Source: Marsupella aquatica
Taxonomy: Eukaryota > Plantae > Marchantiophyta
Assembly: GCA_973895155.1 (NCBI GenBank)
Contig: OZ316896.1
Location: 19,952,754 to 20,016,753 of the forward strand
DNA: 64,000 bases
Reading direction: 5' to 3'
Positions 61,767 through 64,000 of this stretch are shown piece after piece. The position numbers and the translations under genes were made by a program. Under the pieces are notes generated by a model. That model saw only the letters and a program-made list of their open reading frames with translations. It was not told where the DNA came from and did no database searches. Every line of letters starts with the position of its first letter. Position 1 is the first letter of the stretch.

Positions 61767-62884
61767 TTATACCAAAGCAACACCACTTTCAACAAGTGTG
61801 TTGACCACCAGAGCCAGTTTTCCTTCAAACCTTTCGCCCTTCCGTAGACTAAAGGTGACAGCAAACACATCTGCGTCAATAGTCCTGTCCGCCAGAAGCT
61901 TCCCAATCGTTTTGCAAGCATTCTCATCGGTCAGCGAATATAGCGAATACCTCAAATCTTTCGCATTAGTAGTGGCAACTGAGACAACCTTGCTGGTCAG
62001 CCGATGGACTACTTTGGCATGCACGTATTTATGAGAGATGAATACATCAAGTATAAAAGGCTTCAGGAACTTTTCATGTCGTTGCTTCCATGACTTCTTG
62101 CCCTTCGGTGGTTCCAACGGACTCTTGGATCGGCGTGTCCATCCAGCATATATCACACCAGCCTGTTCAAACTATTCAATACGATACCAAAGAGACGATC
62201 AGTCTAAAGTTTTAGAAAAATCCAAGGCGCGTTTCAGGAGAAAGGTAAGGAAAAGAAATCCGTCATCAAAGGACCTAAATGTGACCCTTCAACAATTAGC
62301 AATCCCACCTTTGCCTCTGCAACAATTAGCAATTCAATGATTCGGCCTGTGTGCCTTTCCCCCAAATAAATAAATTGGCAATTCCACGAATAGGGCGAGT
62401 TGACTTCATGTCAACTCCTTCATCAACTGATAATGAGATCATGAACTTCCAAACTTTTGGCAAGGAGCCGACAAAAAGTGAAGCATGAGTTGGGCGTTCA
62501 GGGTTGACTAATATTCAGTTTCCAGGATGATCTCTATACCTTCGCTGAGTAATTTTCACGTTCAATTCCATATTCGAGAAGAATCTCATCTCAACAAGAC
62601 TCCACTTCGCTCTATAAAACGGCCACCAACAACTGTATCCCTCAATTTAAATCCCGTCAAATTAAAACCCATCTCACCTGCACAAGTGGACTTTGGTGCT
62701 GCTGCGGCAGAATAGAAGTGGAACGAAGCATGGCCCCTTGAAGCGCCGATTTCGAGCTCGCCCAAGACGCGCAATGCACCGTGCTGCTGCCGCTGCTGCC
62801 ATCTCTGCTCAGTCTCGCTCCAGGTCTGCCCTCTGCCCCGAGTGAGGAGCACACACAACCCGAGCTAAGAGAGGCTGCTGCCAT
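61767..62884 (-). CDS. organellar ribosomal protein uL18 (L18p/L5e) family protein, 2 exons, 200 aa
   Basis: Exon 1 62884-62678 (Ser-rich transit peptide MAAASLSSG..., CAG|GTGAGA donor); exon 2 62162-61767 (PFILDVFISHKYVHAKVVHR..VATTNAKDLR...IGKLLADR...EGKL). Confidence 0.88.
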
Positions 62885-63259
62885 TCCTGCTCAGCAAGCT
62901 CTTCCGTCGTGCCACTCCAGTCGACCTCTTCCAGGAAAGAATCACATCTGTCCTGGAGGTTACGGAGATTGTGGAGATTGGGTACAGTTCAGTAAAGTAC
63001 GATTGCTCCAGCAAACGAAACGATCTCAACCCAAAAGGAGAGAACAACCGCCTCAGCAGGAGCGAACGATGTGGAGCAGCAATGCGGGCAGAGAATTGGA
63101 GACAGAGAGGCACCTTCTCGAGCGAGCTTGAGGCTGTGGGAATGGAGCTTCTCGATGACTATGGCTATGGTGGAGCGAGGAAGGCCGAGAGACGAGGCAG
63201 GGTTTAGAGTGGTCCCAGATTCAATTCCACTCTACACACACCAGGCTATGTCACTTACC

Positions 63260-63580
63260 AAGATAAACCCAATTATTTTCTTTAAATCAGTGAATTTCAT
63301 TCTAAGTATGTATCCTGGATGCTGCTTTTGATATACCCAAGTATTAAATCAGTGAGTTTCATTCTAAGTATGTATCTTGCTGTTTTTGATAAACCCATTA
63401 TTTTCTTTGAATCAGTGAGCTTCATTCTAAGTATGTATCTTGCCTTTTCTGATAAACCCAATTATTTTCTGTAAATCAGTGAGTTTCATTCTAAGTATGT
63501 ATCTTGCTGTTTTTGGTAAACCCAATTATTTTCTTCTAATCAGTGAGTTTCATTCTAAATATGCATCTGGCTGTTTTGAT
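63260..63580. repeat. AT-rich tandem minisatellite, ~60-65 bp x5
   Basis: gataaacccaattattttc..aatcagtgagtttcattctaagtatgtatcttgc is repeated. Confidence 0.9.
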
Positions 63581-64000
63581 GTGCAATTACCGAGGCCCAC
63601 ACACCGAGGCTCCCATGTATTTGAATTTGCCTTAATTAGATGCTGTAAAATATGTTCGGGATATGCTACTGTGCTGTAGTGTATGTGCATTAATAGGGCG
63701 TCTCAAACCTGGGTTTTTTTTACTTAACTCCAGGCGTTAACCCTCTGGTTAACGACTTTCCCGTAACTCATATGGTATGCCTATTTCCCGTACCTTAACT
63801 TTTGGCAGTGGGAAATGACCATTTCCCATTTCCATTAGCATTTCCCGTGACGAACAGTTCAAACGCCCAGGCGACGGTTCACTGACCACTCGTGTATGCA
63901 GAGAGTCTACGACCACTCGACCACTCAATGTCTCGACATTTGCTTCCACAGAGACAGCCACTTCCGACTTCCGACTGGAACGCACGAAAACGCTCGACAT

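Overview
Eukaryotic nuclear DNA from a land plant with intron-rich GT-AG genes; a plastid rps11 insertion looks liverwort-like, but the species is not determined. From left to right the window holds: (1) a Ty1/copia LTR retrotransposon on the minus strand (5' LTR, tRNA-iMet PBS, apparently uninterrupted gag-pol running off the left edge); (2) two tandem 18-exon GH35 beta-galactosidase genes, separated by a plastid rps11 pseudogene (NUPT) and a solo LTR with TSD; (3) an intronless MBF1a/b-type gene; (4) about 6 kb of decayed TE-like sequence; (5) a plastid bS21-family gene facing an F-box-like/RCC1 gene; (6) an intronless 582-aa ORF ending in a clear CENP-C motif; (7) OPA3-like, YIP1/YIPF5-like and organellar uL18-family genes; (8) a pogo/Tc1-like MITE, a family of short Helitron-like elements and many local tandem repeats. 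The most notable observations are the intronless, C-terminally truncated CENP-C paralog, an ACG in place of the ATG start in beta-galactosidase copy 1, a decayed fragment of a third beta-galactosidase just upstream of copy 2, and a shared unusual substrate-loop motif in both enzymes. All calls come from reading the sequence by eye; no searches were run.
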